Source: Octopus sinensis (lineage: Eukaryota). From it: DNA of 17,574 bases. The DNA lies in NCBI RefSeq assembly GCF_006345805.1, contig NW_021824795.1, forward strand, positions 1-17,574. The letters are read 5' to 3'. Shown piece by piece: positions 1-9,950 of this stretch (position 1 is its first letter; every line of letters starts with the position of its first letter). The notes under the pieces are model-generated. The model made no database searches and was not told the origin of the DNA. It saw only the letters and a program-made list of their open reading frames with translations. The position numbers were made by a program, and so were the translations under genes.

Positions 1-280
1 TAGGGAAAAGAAGACAGACGGAGGTGAATGTCCAAAGCCTACGAACATCACTTGTGGAAGAAAACACAGAATAAATACGAAAACCAAAGCAGGGATGGCC
101 AAATAATATGACAGCTGCTCCTGTTTGTACAGGTGTGGCGTTGTAAGTTTTAAGGGAGGAAAGTAAGTTCGAAAAAGAATTTAGTGAATGGATCTTCTCA
201 AGCTATGATAAATCACAGCTGGTTTAACAGTTTAAGAAATTAGTAAACACACAGTCACATTACATGCATGAACGTTCCTA

Positions 281-404
281 TACATGTATGTATGTATGAG
301 TGTTTGTATCTATGTATGTATGTATGCATGCATGTATTATGTATATATGTATTTATGTATGTATGTATGCATGCATGCAAGTATGCATGTATGTATGTAT
401 GTAT
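281..404. repeat. (TATG)n/(CATG)n microsatellite
   Basis: Direct reading: imperfect tetranucleotide run abutting the SINE A head at 405. Confidence 0.9.
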
Positions 405-576
405 GCGTAGGAGTGGCTGTGTGGTAAGTTACTTGCTTACCAGCCACATAGTTCCGGGTTCAGTCCCAGTGCGTGGAACCTTGGGCATGTGTCTTCTACT
501 ATAGTCTCGGGCCGACCAGAGCCTTGTGACTGGATTTGGTAGATGGAAACTGAAAGAAGCCTGTCGTATATATGTA

Positions 577-612
<36 letters not shown>

Positions 613-837
613 TGTATGATGTATGTTTGTGTGTATATGCTTGTGTGTCTGTGTTTGTCTCTCCAACATCGCTTGGCAACTGATGCTGGTGTGTTTACGT
701 CCCAGTAACTTAGCTGTTCGGCAAAAGAGACCGATAGAATAACTACTAGGCTTACAAAGAATAAGTCCTGGGGTCGGTTTGCTCGACTAAAGGCGGTGCT
801 CCAGCATGGCCACAGTCAAGTGACTGAAACAAGTAAA
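405..837 (+). mobile_element. SINE family A, near full length (tRNA-like head, CORE-like segment, internal TA/TG microsatellite, 3' tail)
   Basis: A-box-like TGGCTGTGTGG (413-423) and B-box-like GGTTCAGTCC (457-466). CCTTGGGCATGTGTCTT resembles the 5' part of the CORE domain. The same sequence recurs at 1205-1618, 3268-3675 and 13417-13844. Confidence 0.9.
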
Positions 838-964
838 GACAGATAGACTCGTGTTCAGTATTGTTACAACTAGGACAAGAAGTAATGATACATAGGGCCA
901 GATAGTCACTTTCTTTAGCAATTAATTGACCGAGAACACTAATTGGGTCCTAGTCTATCGCATG

Positions 965-1122
965 GCTTACTCATTTACAGCTGAGTGGAATGCAGTAAAG
1001 TAAAATGAACTGCTTTGCTCAAGCACACGACACACCACCAGCGCCGATCCAGATCAAAGGAATCGGTAACACGATTTTGCGATCTTGAGCACAACACCCT
1101 AGCCACGAGACCACGCGCCTTC
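965..1122 (-). mobile_element. SINE family C, diverged copy (tRNA-like head plus CORE-like domain)
   Basis: Reverse complement starts GAAGGCGCGTGG, like 11071, and contains GTGCTTGAGCAAAGCAGTTCATTTTAC...CCACTCAGCTGTAAATGAG, which resembles the CORE domain of MIR-type SINEs. The 3' boundary is uncertain. Confidence 0.7.
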
Positions 1123-1204
1123 AGCTTGTAACAAAAATGCAAGTCGTATGTTGTGCAACACAGAAACGTTCGTGAAGAACTGAAATGATGAAGATTATTT
1201 ATAC

Positions 1205-1618
1205 CTCTTTTACTCTTTTTCTCTTTTACTTGTTTTCAGTCATTTGACTGCGGCCATGCTGGAGCACCACCTTTAATCGAGCAACTCGACCCCGGGACTT
1301 ATTCTTTGTAAGCCCAGTACTTATTCTATCGGTCTCTTTTGCCGAACCACTAAGTGACGGGGGCATAAATACACCAGCATCGGTTGTCAAACAATGCCAG
1401 GGGGACAAACATAGACAGACAAACATACACGCACAAACATATATATACATATATACGACGGGCTTCTTTCAGTTTCCGTCTACCAAATCCACTCACAAGG
1501 CTTTGGTCGGCCCGAGGCTATAGTAGAATACACTAGCCCAAGGTGCCACGCAGTGGGACTGAACCCGGAACCATGTGGTTGGTAAGCAAGCTACTTACCA
1601 CACAGCCACTTCTACGCC
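1205..1618 (-). mobile_element. SINE family A, full length, with (AAAGAGT)-like tandem tail
   Basis: Reverse complement of the 405-837 element, about 90% identical by hand over the 5' ~160 nt. Head GGCGTAG at 1618; tail repeats at 1205-1232. Confidence 0.92.
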
Positions 1619-1752
1619 TATTTGTAGTTATACATCATTGCTGCTGAATAAGTGATTCCACATATCTACACATCACGCATTGAGTTCTAATTCGATTAGT
1701 ATGCTGGCCCACTTTAAGTGGGAATCAACATTGTCATATACCGTATGCATCA

Positions 1753-2200
1753 ATCCATCCATCCATCCATCCATCCATCCATCCATCCATCCATACATAC
1801 ATACATACATACATACATACATACATACATACACACACACATACATACATACATATATATAAATGTATATATACATATATATATACCCGTATATCTGTAT
1901 GTATATATATATTTGTATATATAAATATGTGTATATATATATGTATATATATATGTATATATGTGTACATATATATATATATATATAATATATATATATA
2001 CATGTATATATGTATGTATGTATGTATCTATCAATATATATAAATATATATATTTATATTTCTACATATATATACAACACACATGCGTACATAGATATGC
2101 ATCATACATTTATGCATATATGCATACATACATACATACATACATACATACATACATACATACATACACGCATGCATGCATACATACATACAAACATACC
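1753..2200. repeat. Compound microsatellite (CCAT)n-(ACAT)n-(AC)n-(TA)n-(ACAT)n
   Basis: Direct reading; explains all overlapping Y/I/M/H-rich ORFs. Confidence 0.95.
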
Positions 2201-2431
2201 TACAGGCAAACACAGAGACTTTACATAAATATCTTAGGCAATCCGTAGTGTAAGATACCTTTGACATTTCTGCCCAAGTTTAAAGGTTATTTGAAACATA
2301 TAAAGACACAATAAACCCTATAACAGAGAAATACAATTACATATTGTGATAGATATAAACATCAATATGGTTAATAATGCGTGTCAGTTTCGTATTTTGG
2401 CATATTAACACGAATATATGAGTGAAGGCAT

Positions 2432-2449
2432 TATATATACGCACGCACG

Positions 2450-2489
<40 letters not shown>

Positions 2490-2665
2490 AACAAACAATC
2501 AAATACACACAGAGATATATATTTGTATATACATACGTATTACATATACATATATATCTATATATATTTATTTATTTATATTTGCATACATTTATATATA
2601 CGTATATAAGTATATATAATCCATACATACTCACCCACCCACCCACACACACACACACACAGACA

Positions 2666-2709
<44 letters not shown>

Positions 2710-2812
2710 CATATTTGTATGTACGCACATATATATATATGCATTCATAGCTATGCGTGTATATGTTAAATACGTCACTCTCTTTATCAAATATAAATAT
2801 ATATATGTACAC

Positions 2813-2887
<75 letters not shown>

Positions 2888-2894
2888 CATATAC

Positions 2895-2925
<31 letters not shown>

Positions 2926-2970
2926 ATATTATATATATATATATTATATATATATATATATATATACATA
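2432..2970. repeat. Compound microsatellite (CGCA)n/(CA)n/(TA)n
   Basis: Direct reading. Confidence 0.95.
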
Positions 2971-3267
2971 CTTTAAAAAATACTTATATTTAAACTTTTT
3001 ATATAATGATATAGAATACATTATATACACATGCACAATTTAAGTATGTTTACACTAGGCAAAGAGCTGAGTATTATAAGCTGTTGACGAATTGTGTTCG
3101 GTAATGTAGACGTCACATGAGTAACACTTGTAATTATCTTTGATAATATCTGCGCGTATATGACATTAAATTTGTATTCTTTTCCATAGACCCAAAGCTT
3201 AAAGTGATCCTGTACAGTTCATTATTTACTGAACGTATTCTTCAACGAAATCTCATCCAATGGTTAC

Positions 3268-3675
3268 CCTTTTGCTCTTTTATTTGTTTCAGTCATTTGC
3301 CTTTAGCACTGCCTTTAGTCGAGCAAATCGATCCCAAGACTTATTCTTTGTGAGTCTTGTACTTATTCTGTCGGTCTCTTCTGCCGAACCGCTATATTAC
3401 GGGGGCGTAAACACACCAGCATCGGTTGTCAAGCGATGTTGGAAGGGGGGGGGGGAGCAAACACAGACACGCAAACACACACGCGCATATATATATATAC
3501 ATATACATATATACGACGGGCTTCTTTCAGTTTCCGTCTACCAAATCCACTTACAAGGCTTTGGTCGGCCTAGTAGAGGCTATAGTAGAACACACTGCCC
3601 AAAGTGCCACGGAGTTGGACTGAACTTGGGATCATGTGGTTGGTAGGCAAGCTACTTACCACGCAGCCACTCCTG
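3268..3675 (-). mobile_element. SINE family A, near full length, with small internal rearrangements
   Basis: Collinear with 1205-1618. The GACTGCGGCCATGCTGG segment is replaced by a CCTTTAG duplication near 3300, and there is a TAGTA duplication near 3571. Confidence 0.9.
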
Positions 3676-3862
3676 ATTTACTATTTATGTTTTGGCAAGA
3701 GAGGATGTTTAAAGACGGTTCCTTTTAGCATTTCTCTTTTGCAAGCCTTCAGCCTTTCTTGCAAGCCTTTTGCTCGTATCAGTCGTCAAGTGCTAAATAT
3801 TTCTGCGTTGTAGTTTATGTTATAGATACGAAGTAGTGTGTAAATGGGTGAATGTTGCAGTT

Positions 3863-4008
3863 GGACGCAAGCGTGGGTGTGTGATAAGAAGCTTGCTTTA
3901 CAACCACATGGCTGTGGGTTCAGTCCCACTGCGTGACGCCTTGGGTAAGTGCCTTCTACTTATGGCCTCGGGCAGACTAAAGCCTTCTGAGTGGATTTGG
4001 TTGACGGA
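3863..4008 (+). mobile_element. SINE family A, 5' fragment (head plus CORE-like part)
   Basis: Matches the family A head through GGATTTGGTTGACGGA, then breaks off. Confidence 0.85.
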
Positions 4009-4035
4009 GGCACAGGCACAAAGCCACGCATGTAG

Positions 4036-4077
<42 letters not shown>

Positions 4078-4251
4078 ATATATATATACGGGAGGCTTCT
4101 TTCAGTTTCCGTCTACCAAATCCACTCACAAGGCTTTGGTCGGCCCGAGGCTATAGTAGAAGACACTTGCCCAAGCTGCCATGCGGTAAGACTGAAGCCG
4201 GAACCATGTGGCTGGTAAACGAGCTACTTACCACACAGCCATTCCTGCGCC
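4009..4251 (-). mobile_element. SINE family A, 5' half including internal (CA)n/(TA)n microsatellite, 3' truncated
   Basis: Head GGCGCAGG at 4251; matches the family A reverse complement to the microsatellite at ~4037-4088. Confidence 0.88.
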
Positions 4252-4428
4252 TGTATACTAAACTAGCTTTCAGACTGAAGTAGCACGAATAATGGCCACG
4301 ACATTGTTATTTATCTTGCTTAGTGTATGTTTATACTATGCCACGTGCTAATCATCGGTGTATTGCTCAGTATCTTACCTATATACCGAGTTTTAATTAA
4401 AACCCTATGGGTAATGTGATGAGCAGTA

Positions 4429-4481
4429 GGATCGAATCTGTGTCACGTGGCTGTCTAATGATTTCCTTAGCCACTGAGCAT
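4429..4481 (-). mobile_element. Degenerate tRNA-like head (possible old SINE remnant)
   Basis: Reverse complement reads TGCTCAGTGGCTAAG...GATTCGATCC, i.e. A-box-like and B-box-like motifs at tRNA spacing. No body is recognised. Confidence 0.3.
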
Positions 4482-5540
4482 TGTCGTAACGTTGTTGGTT
4501 TGTAATAAAAATTTGTGGAATTCGTCTCATGCCACACGTTAAATATTGAAAATGATCAAGGTTCATCTCACCACAGGTATTCAAAACTGATATTCAATAA
4601 AGTATTAAGTTGTCCTGTTTTTCTTGAGTTTGTGCTGATGTAATATATGACCAGTCAAGTCTTTCAAATATATTTACTTCCGTTTTAATTCCCCAGTGTC
4701 ACAAATGTCTTTGGTTGTGACATACATATCACAATATTTTAATATCGACCCAAGGCTTAGACCCTACAACAGAGATAAAGAATCTCAGCAGCATAATAAA
4801 TCTGTTCTACTTTCCATTTTGAAATGTTCTTATTTTCTATTTTGTTGGAACGCTTTATAAATTGTAACATCTACAAAGCTGTTGATATCTCTAATCGTTT
4901 TGTAATCTGGATAATTTGAAGCTAAATGAATGTTATATTGCTAGTATTTCCCTAGACATCATTTAATAAACATTTCTCTTAAAATCATCTCTGATTTATG
5001 TGTCTGCATTAAAAACAAATTTCGCAGATATTTGGCACAAATACATGAGTGAGAATATTTACGATTGAGCGAAGGTATTTGCTTCTTGTACGTGCATATT
5101 CCTCTCTATAACCGGTGCCATATATCAGTGCGCCGTGGAGATTATTTAGACATTCTAAATTATTATTAGTTCGTCCGTAGTTGTCGACGATGACCAAGGA
5201 CATAAATATGAGAGAAGAAGATGGAGCACGATGTGTCCGGCTGTGGGCATTCACAGTCTAATGCGTGCTCGGAAGACTCTGCTGTAGTTCTAAATAGTTA
5301 CCCACTTCCTCCCAGTGTTCTATAAAATGTATCATGAATATACGTCTTGAAATATAAATTTGTATTAAACTAGCGCCATTATGAACAGTGATAATTAATA
5401 GTGAAGTGGAAAATACGCAGTTAGAACACGAAAGACGAATAGCCAGTTTCGTCCATCAGTCCAAAACATTTGAAGCTACTGAAAAAATCAAAAGTGTATT
5501 CGAAGTTTAATATCAAATTTTGTTACTATGCAATTATCTA

Positions 5541-5580
5541 TCAGATCGAGTAAAAAGTAAGCAATGTTTTGAACCATGAA
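5541..5580 (+). repeat. Left terminal inverted repeat of mariner
   Basis: TCAGATCGAGTAAAAAGTAAGCAATGTTTTGAACCATGAA versus the reverse complement of 6745-6784, TCAAGCTGAGTAAAAAGTAAGCAACGTTTCAAAACATGAA. Confidence 0.9.
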
Positions 5581-5724
5581 GAATTGGTACCGGATTTTTT
5601 CAGGGTTTTGAACTTTTTAAAATATTCTTTTGCAATTTTCTGATGATACAGACATAGATACAACCCAAATGCATCAATAAATTAACATTGATTCCCCCCG
5701 CCCCCGTTGTTACAATCATCTGAA

Positions 5725-6710
5725 ACGGAACTGTCAAAAACGATATTCGAGCAATTTTGCTATTCAACTTCATAAAAGGACGTAAAGCAGCTGAACTGCT
5801 CGCGATATCAACGAAACATTTGGTGAGGAAATGACCAGTGAGTGGCCAGCTCGAAAATACTTTAAACGATTTTGCGGTGAAGACCTGAGCCTTTGAAGAC
5901 CGTGAACGTAATGGACGCCCATCTGTTATCGATGACGGTCAGTTAAAGACCGTCATTGAGAAAGATCCACGTAACCACTCGAGAGCTAGCAAAAGAACTT
6001 CAAGTTAGCCAGAAAATTGCCTGCCACCATTTGCGTGCGATCTGAAAATCAAAAAAGCTCGACAAATGAGTAGCACACGATTTGAATGAAAATAAGAAAA
6101 TGCGCAGATACGAAATGTGCTTGTCGCTTCTTTTCCGTAAACAGACCTGTCCATTTCTCGATCGTAATGTAACTTGCAATGAAAAGTGGATTCTATACAA
6201 TAATAAAGAACGTTCTTCGCAGTGGATAGACCAAAATGAAGCACCGAAAATCTTCCTTAAACCCGAGCTCTTGAAAAAGATTTTGGTGACTTTTTGGCGA
6301 TGTACTGCTGGACTATAATTTCTTAAAACCCGGAAAAACCATAACTGTAGAAAAATATTGTCATGAAATTGCCAAAATGAATGAATAACTGCTACTCCTC
6401 CGTTCAAGATTGGTCAACAGAAGAGGGTCAATCATTCTTCATGACAATGCTTCCCCACACGTTTCACTAATGACGCTCCAGAAGTTGAAGGAACTTAGCT
6501 ACGAATTTCTTTCTCATCCAGCTTATTCCCCAGATCTTTCTCCTACCAAGGACCACTTTTTGAAATACCTTGTTGGTTTCCTGTGAGAGAAGGAGTTCCA
6601 AAAGAGTTCATCAGCTCCAGAACTCCAGGTATTTATGTTACCGGAATAAACAAACTGTAACTCGCTGGCAAAAGTTTGTTGATTGTAATTGTACTTACTT
6701 TGATGAATAA
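5725..6710 (+). pseudogene. Mariner D,D34D transposase pseudogene (SETMAR/Hsmar1-like)
   Basis: Reconstructed motifs: IRAILLFNF.KGRKAAE, EDRERNGRPS, TTRELA, KKLDK(W)VAHDL, PFLDRNVTCNEKWILYNN, LHDNASPHV, HPAYSPDLSPT, RWQKFVDCN..YFDE*. Lesions: start codon reads ACG (5725); frameshifts near 5795, 5893, 5974 and 6657; stops at 6043, 6067, 6386 and 6584; deletions near 6315 and 6602. Confidence 0.95.
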
Positions 6711-6744
6711 AATTTCCGCATTGTTGAAATATATTTTGATGAAT

Positions 6745-6784
6745 TTCATGTTTTGAAACGTTGCTTACTTTTTACTCAGCTTGA
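6745..6784 (-). repeat. Right terminal inverted repeat of mariner
   Basis: Inverted match to 5541-5580, followed by TA. Confidence 0.9.
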
Positions 6785-7102
6785 TATTACAACAATTAAA
6801 CAAAGAACTTAAATCATGACTGATTTAGTCTGAATAAACATAATATACACAACTTGAAACAGATAATGTTGAGAGAGAATAATTCGATTAAATTCTTTAG
6901 TAATTACTTAGTAATTATACTGAAACAAATGAAGAAATTGTTTTAACATTGACCTATTTTCTTCGTCCTGTTAGGTCTTTGTTTGATCTATATATTATCC
7001 AATTCATTTAATTTAAAAGAATTAATTAACTTTAAACTGATAACTATTTATAACCGATAATTTGAAATAGAATGGACTTAATATTAATGAATAATGAATA
7101 TT

Positions 7103-7265
7103 AGGGCGGGGAGCTGTCAGAATCGTTACCACGTCGAGCAAAATGCAGTTAAGCATTTTCTCCGTCTTTACATTCAGGGTTCTAATTCTGACTAGGTTGA
7201 CTTTGCCTTTCATCCTTCGGAATCGATAAAATAAGTACCAGTTGAACACTGGGATCAATGTAATC
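7103..7265 (+). mobile_element. SINE family B, older host copy, 5' part (interrupted)
   Basis: Diverged match to the 11685 copy (GGCGG.GAGCTG.CAGAA...TTGACTTTGCCTTTCATCCTTCGG...ATAAGTACCAG). Resumes at 7519 after the second TSD copy. Confidence 0.85.
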
Positions 7266-7497
7266 TGTTTCTTTATTACCACAAGGGGCTAAACATAGAG
7301 GAGACAAACAAGGACAGACAAACGGATTAAGTCGATTAAATCGACCCCAGTGCTTAACTGGTACTTAATTTATCGACCCCGAAAGGATGAAAGGCAAAGT
7401 CGACCTCGGCGTGATTTGAACTCTGAACGTAACGGCAGACGAAATACGGCTACGCATTTCGCCCGGCATGCTAACGTTTCTGCCAGCTCGCCGCCTT
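7266..7497 (-). mobile_element. SINE family B, young full-length copy nested in an older B copy
   Basis: Close reverse-complement match to 11685-11917. Flanked by the exact 17-bp direct repeat CTGGGATCAATGTAATC (7249-7265 and 7502-7518). Confidence 0.93.
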
Positions 7498-7518
7498 AAA
7501 TCTGGGATCAATGTAATC

Positions 7519-7572
7519 GACTTAATTCCGACCCCCAAATTGCTGGCCTTTTGCCAAAATCTGAAGCCAATA
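7519..7572 (+). mobile_element. SINE family B older host copy, 3' remainder
   Basis: GACTTAA continues the host sequence after the TSD. The CCCCCAAATT tail resembles that at 8247-8270. Confidence 0.7.
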
Positions 7573-7574
7573 TT

Positions 7575-7769
7575 TTTGTTTCAGTCATAAGACTGGGGTC
7601 ATGCTGAGGCGTGGCTGTGAAGAATTTTTAGTCGAATAAACCGACTCCAGTACTTGTTTTTTAAGACTGGTACTTATTCTATCGGCCTTGCCTTTACCGA
7701 ACTGCTAGGTTACGGGGGAAGTAAAAACACCAACACCGGTTATCAAACAGTGGCGGATGACATCCTCTG

Positions 7770-7805
<36 letters not shown>

Positions 7806-7947
7806 CCACATATAGGCAGGGCTTCCTTTAGTTTCCGTTTACCAAATCCACTCATAAGGCTTTGGTTAGCCCGAGGTTACAATTAAAGACACTTGCGCAA
7901 CGTGTGGTTGGAAAGCAAACATCTTACTTCACAACCACGACTGCGCC
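7575..7947 (-). mobile_element. SINE family A, older subfamily, internal deletion in the head
   Basis: Recognisable TTTCCGTTTACCAAATCCACTCATAAGGCTTTGG, internal (CA)n and 3' TTTCAGTCAT. The B-box region is missing near 7900. Confidence 0.8.
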
Positions 7948-8077
7948 TATGAAAATGTTCTGCGCAGTGTGAGAATATTTAATAAACATTAATCACTATA
8001 ATTAACTCCGTACCTAATCCAATAAATGAAGACTATGTTTCGACTGTTTTAGTCTGTAGACACAATTAAAATTATTT

Positions 8078-8293
8078 CGGTGGCTTGGCAGATTCATTAG
8101 CACGCCGGACAAAATGCTTAGTTGCATTTCGTCTGCCGTCGTTCCCTGCTGAGTTTAAATTCCGCCGAGGTCGACTTTGACTTTCATGATATCAGAATCT
8201 ATAATATACGTACAAGTTGAATACTGGACTGAATATAATTAATTAGCCCCCTCCCCCAAAATTTCAAGTCTATAGTAGAAAGGCTTATTATTT
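8078..8293 (+). mobile_element. SINE family B, older copy with alternative CCCCTCCCCCAAAATTTC tail
   Basis: TTGGCAGA...TTAGCACGCCGGACAAAATGCTTAG...GAGTTTAAATTCCGCCGAGGTCGACTTTG matches family B. Confidence 0.8.
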
Positions 8294-8303
8294 AGAACAA
8301 TCG

Positions 8304-8715
8304 AAACGACGAGCTGGCAGAAACGTTAGCGCGCCGCGCGAAGTGCTTAGCGGTATTTTATCTGCCACTATATTCTGAGTTCAAATGCCGAGGTCGACTT
8401 TGCCTTTCATCCTTTCGGGGTCGATTAAATAAGTACCAGTTACGCATTGGGGTCGATGTAATTGGCTTAATCTGTTTGTCTGTCCTTGTTTGCCCTCTCT
8501 GTGTTTAGCCCCTTGTGGGTAGTAAGGAACTAGGTATTTCATCTGCCACTATATTCTGAGTTTAAATTCTGCCGAGGTCGACTTTGCATTTCATCCTTTC
8601 GGGGTCGATTAAATAAGTACCAGTTACGCACTGGGGTCGATGTAATTGACTTAATCCGTTTGTCTGTCCTTGTTTGTCCTTTCTGTGTGTAGCCCCTTGT
8701 GGGCAGTAAAGAAAT
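8304..8715 (+). mobile_element. SINE family B with tandemly duplicated body (head plus 2 units of ~181-183 bp)
   Basis: Unit 1 starts GGTATTTT at 8352, unit 2 starts GGTATTTC at 8533, and both run to the GTAA(A/G)GAA tail. Confidence 0.9.
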
Positions 8716-8895
8716 GACAATCCTTAGCACATCAGACGAAATGTTTAGCAGTTCTTCTGGCTCATTTCATTCCGGGTTTAAATTCCGCCGAGACCGACTT
8801 CGCATTTCTTCCTTTCGGAATCAATAAAAATTTTTAAAATACCAATTGAGCACTGGGGTTGATATAATCGATATTTCAGACTTTGTGTTAAAATT
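8716..8895 (+). mobile_element. SINE family B, highly diverged copy lacking the extreme 5' end
   Basis: TTAGCAC...GACGAAATGTTTAGC...AAATTCCGCCGAGACCGACTT...CACTGGGGTTGATATAATCG. Confidence 0.7.
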
Positions 8896-9081
8896 TAAAG
8901 CCATTATTTAAAAATCGCGTCTCTGGTGGACAAAAAATAATATTGGTTCCATTCTAGTATTTGGGATGATTCAGTTCCTTATAAGTCTTCCAATGAAAAG
9001 TTGTGTGGCATTCTCAAGAATTTAAACACACTTATTTAGAAAATTTCATATGGTGTCAATTCAGTAAAGGGGTTTTCTCTA

Positions 9082-9083
<2 letters not shown>

Positions 9084-9112
<29 letters not shown>
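9084..9112. repeat. (TA)n microsatellite
   Basis: Direct reading. Confidence 0.95.
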
Positions 9113-9869
9113 CGTAACACATGCTAGGGTTTTAATGGGAATAAGAAATGACGATGTGATGGTGTGGCGTTTGCTATTAGGCCACACATGCATCGAAGGG
9201 CTTTAAGAAAACACAGCAAAATATAGAGAAGTAAAAAAAATATATAAATAAACATTATACAACAGAAAGTAAAGTATGAAACATGGAAAAACTGAAAATG
9301 TGCTGGATAATTAGTTACGAAAATCTTTGGAATATGGGTAGATAAGGCGTGAGATGAAAGAGATATACGCTTGTTTTTATTTTGACAAAAAACGAAGTTA
9401 ACAAAACAAGATTTCGTATGAGAATGCAAACCAATGAATTACACGAGTAAAACATGATTCCTGTACGCATAAACATATAGTTGTTATAGAGTGTGTGAGG
9501 TTTGAAAGAAACAAGAAAAACAGATGAGAAAATTAAGAAACAGACGCTGGCCATAATGGGAGAGAAAGTAAAAATATTCTCTGATATTCTTGGAAAAAAG
9601 CAGACAAAATGTCTTTAAAAGATTGTTGATGTTGGCGAGATTAGAACATGAATAAACTATTTGTAGTGGTACAAGAATAAAAATATCACGGATTGAATTT
9701 CAATTAAAACACTGGTCTTCGTTTGTCTTTTCTGCAAAACAGTAAACTGGTGCAAAGGCCCCCAGAAACATGTGCATGCATACATATGTAAACAGAACGG
9801 CTGTACACGTGTGTATTCCTTTGTATGGTTCTGTTTCTTTCACACTCATACAAAAACACGTAAACATTC

Positions 9870-9950
9870 ACGCACACACACACACATACATACAAACATA
9901 TATGTATGATGTATGATATAATGTAATATATAATAATAATAATATATATG
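9870..9950. repeat. (CA)n/(TACA)n/(TAA)n low-complexity tract
   Basis: Direct reading. Confidence 0.8.

Larger units (their letters stand above)
5541..6784 (+). mobile_element. Full-length, inactive mariner transposon (Hsmar1/cecropia-like), 1244 bp
   Basis: TA at 5539-5540 and 6785-6786. The 40-bp TIRs match at 32/40 positions. Length is typical of mariners, and an internal transposase pseudogene is present. Confidence 0.95.

Noticed and set aside
2-106. Short open frame REKKTDGGECPKPTNITCGRKHRINTKTKAGMAK* at the window edge
   Set aside because: Truncated by the window, no recognisable motif, no splice evidence.
268-3043. Many 60-150-aa ORFs rich in Y, I, M, C, V, H, T
   Set aside because: They are translations of TA/TG/CA/TATG microsatellites, which lack stop codons in most frames.
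3863-4008. A-to-G hyper-editing footprint in a retrotransposed SINE copy
   Set aside because: Differences from the other family A copies show no A>G or T>C bias by eye.
6000-6407. 135-aa and 79-aa minus-strand ORFs
   Set aside because: They are antisense shadows of the mariner transposase pseudogene.
8304-8715. Direct repeats as a CRISPR array or satellite
   Set aside because: Units are ~180-bp SINE bodies with no unique spacers, no cas genes, and the context is eukaryotic.
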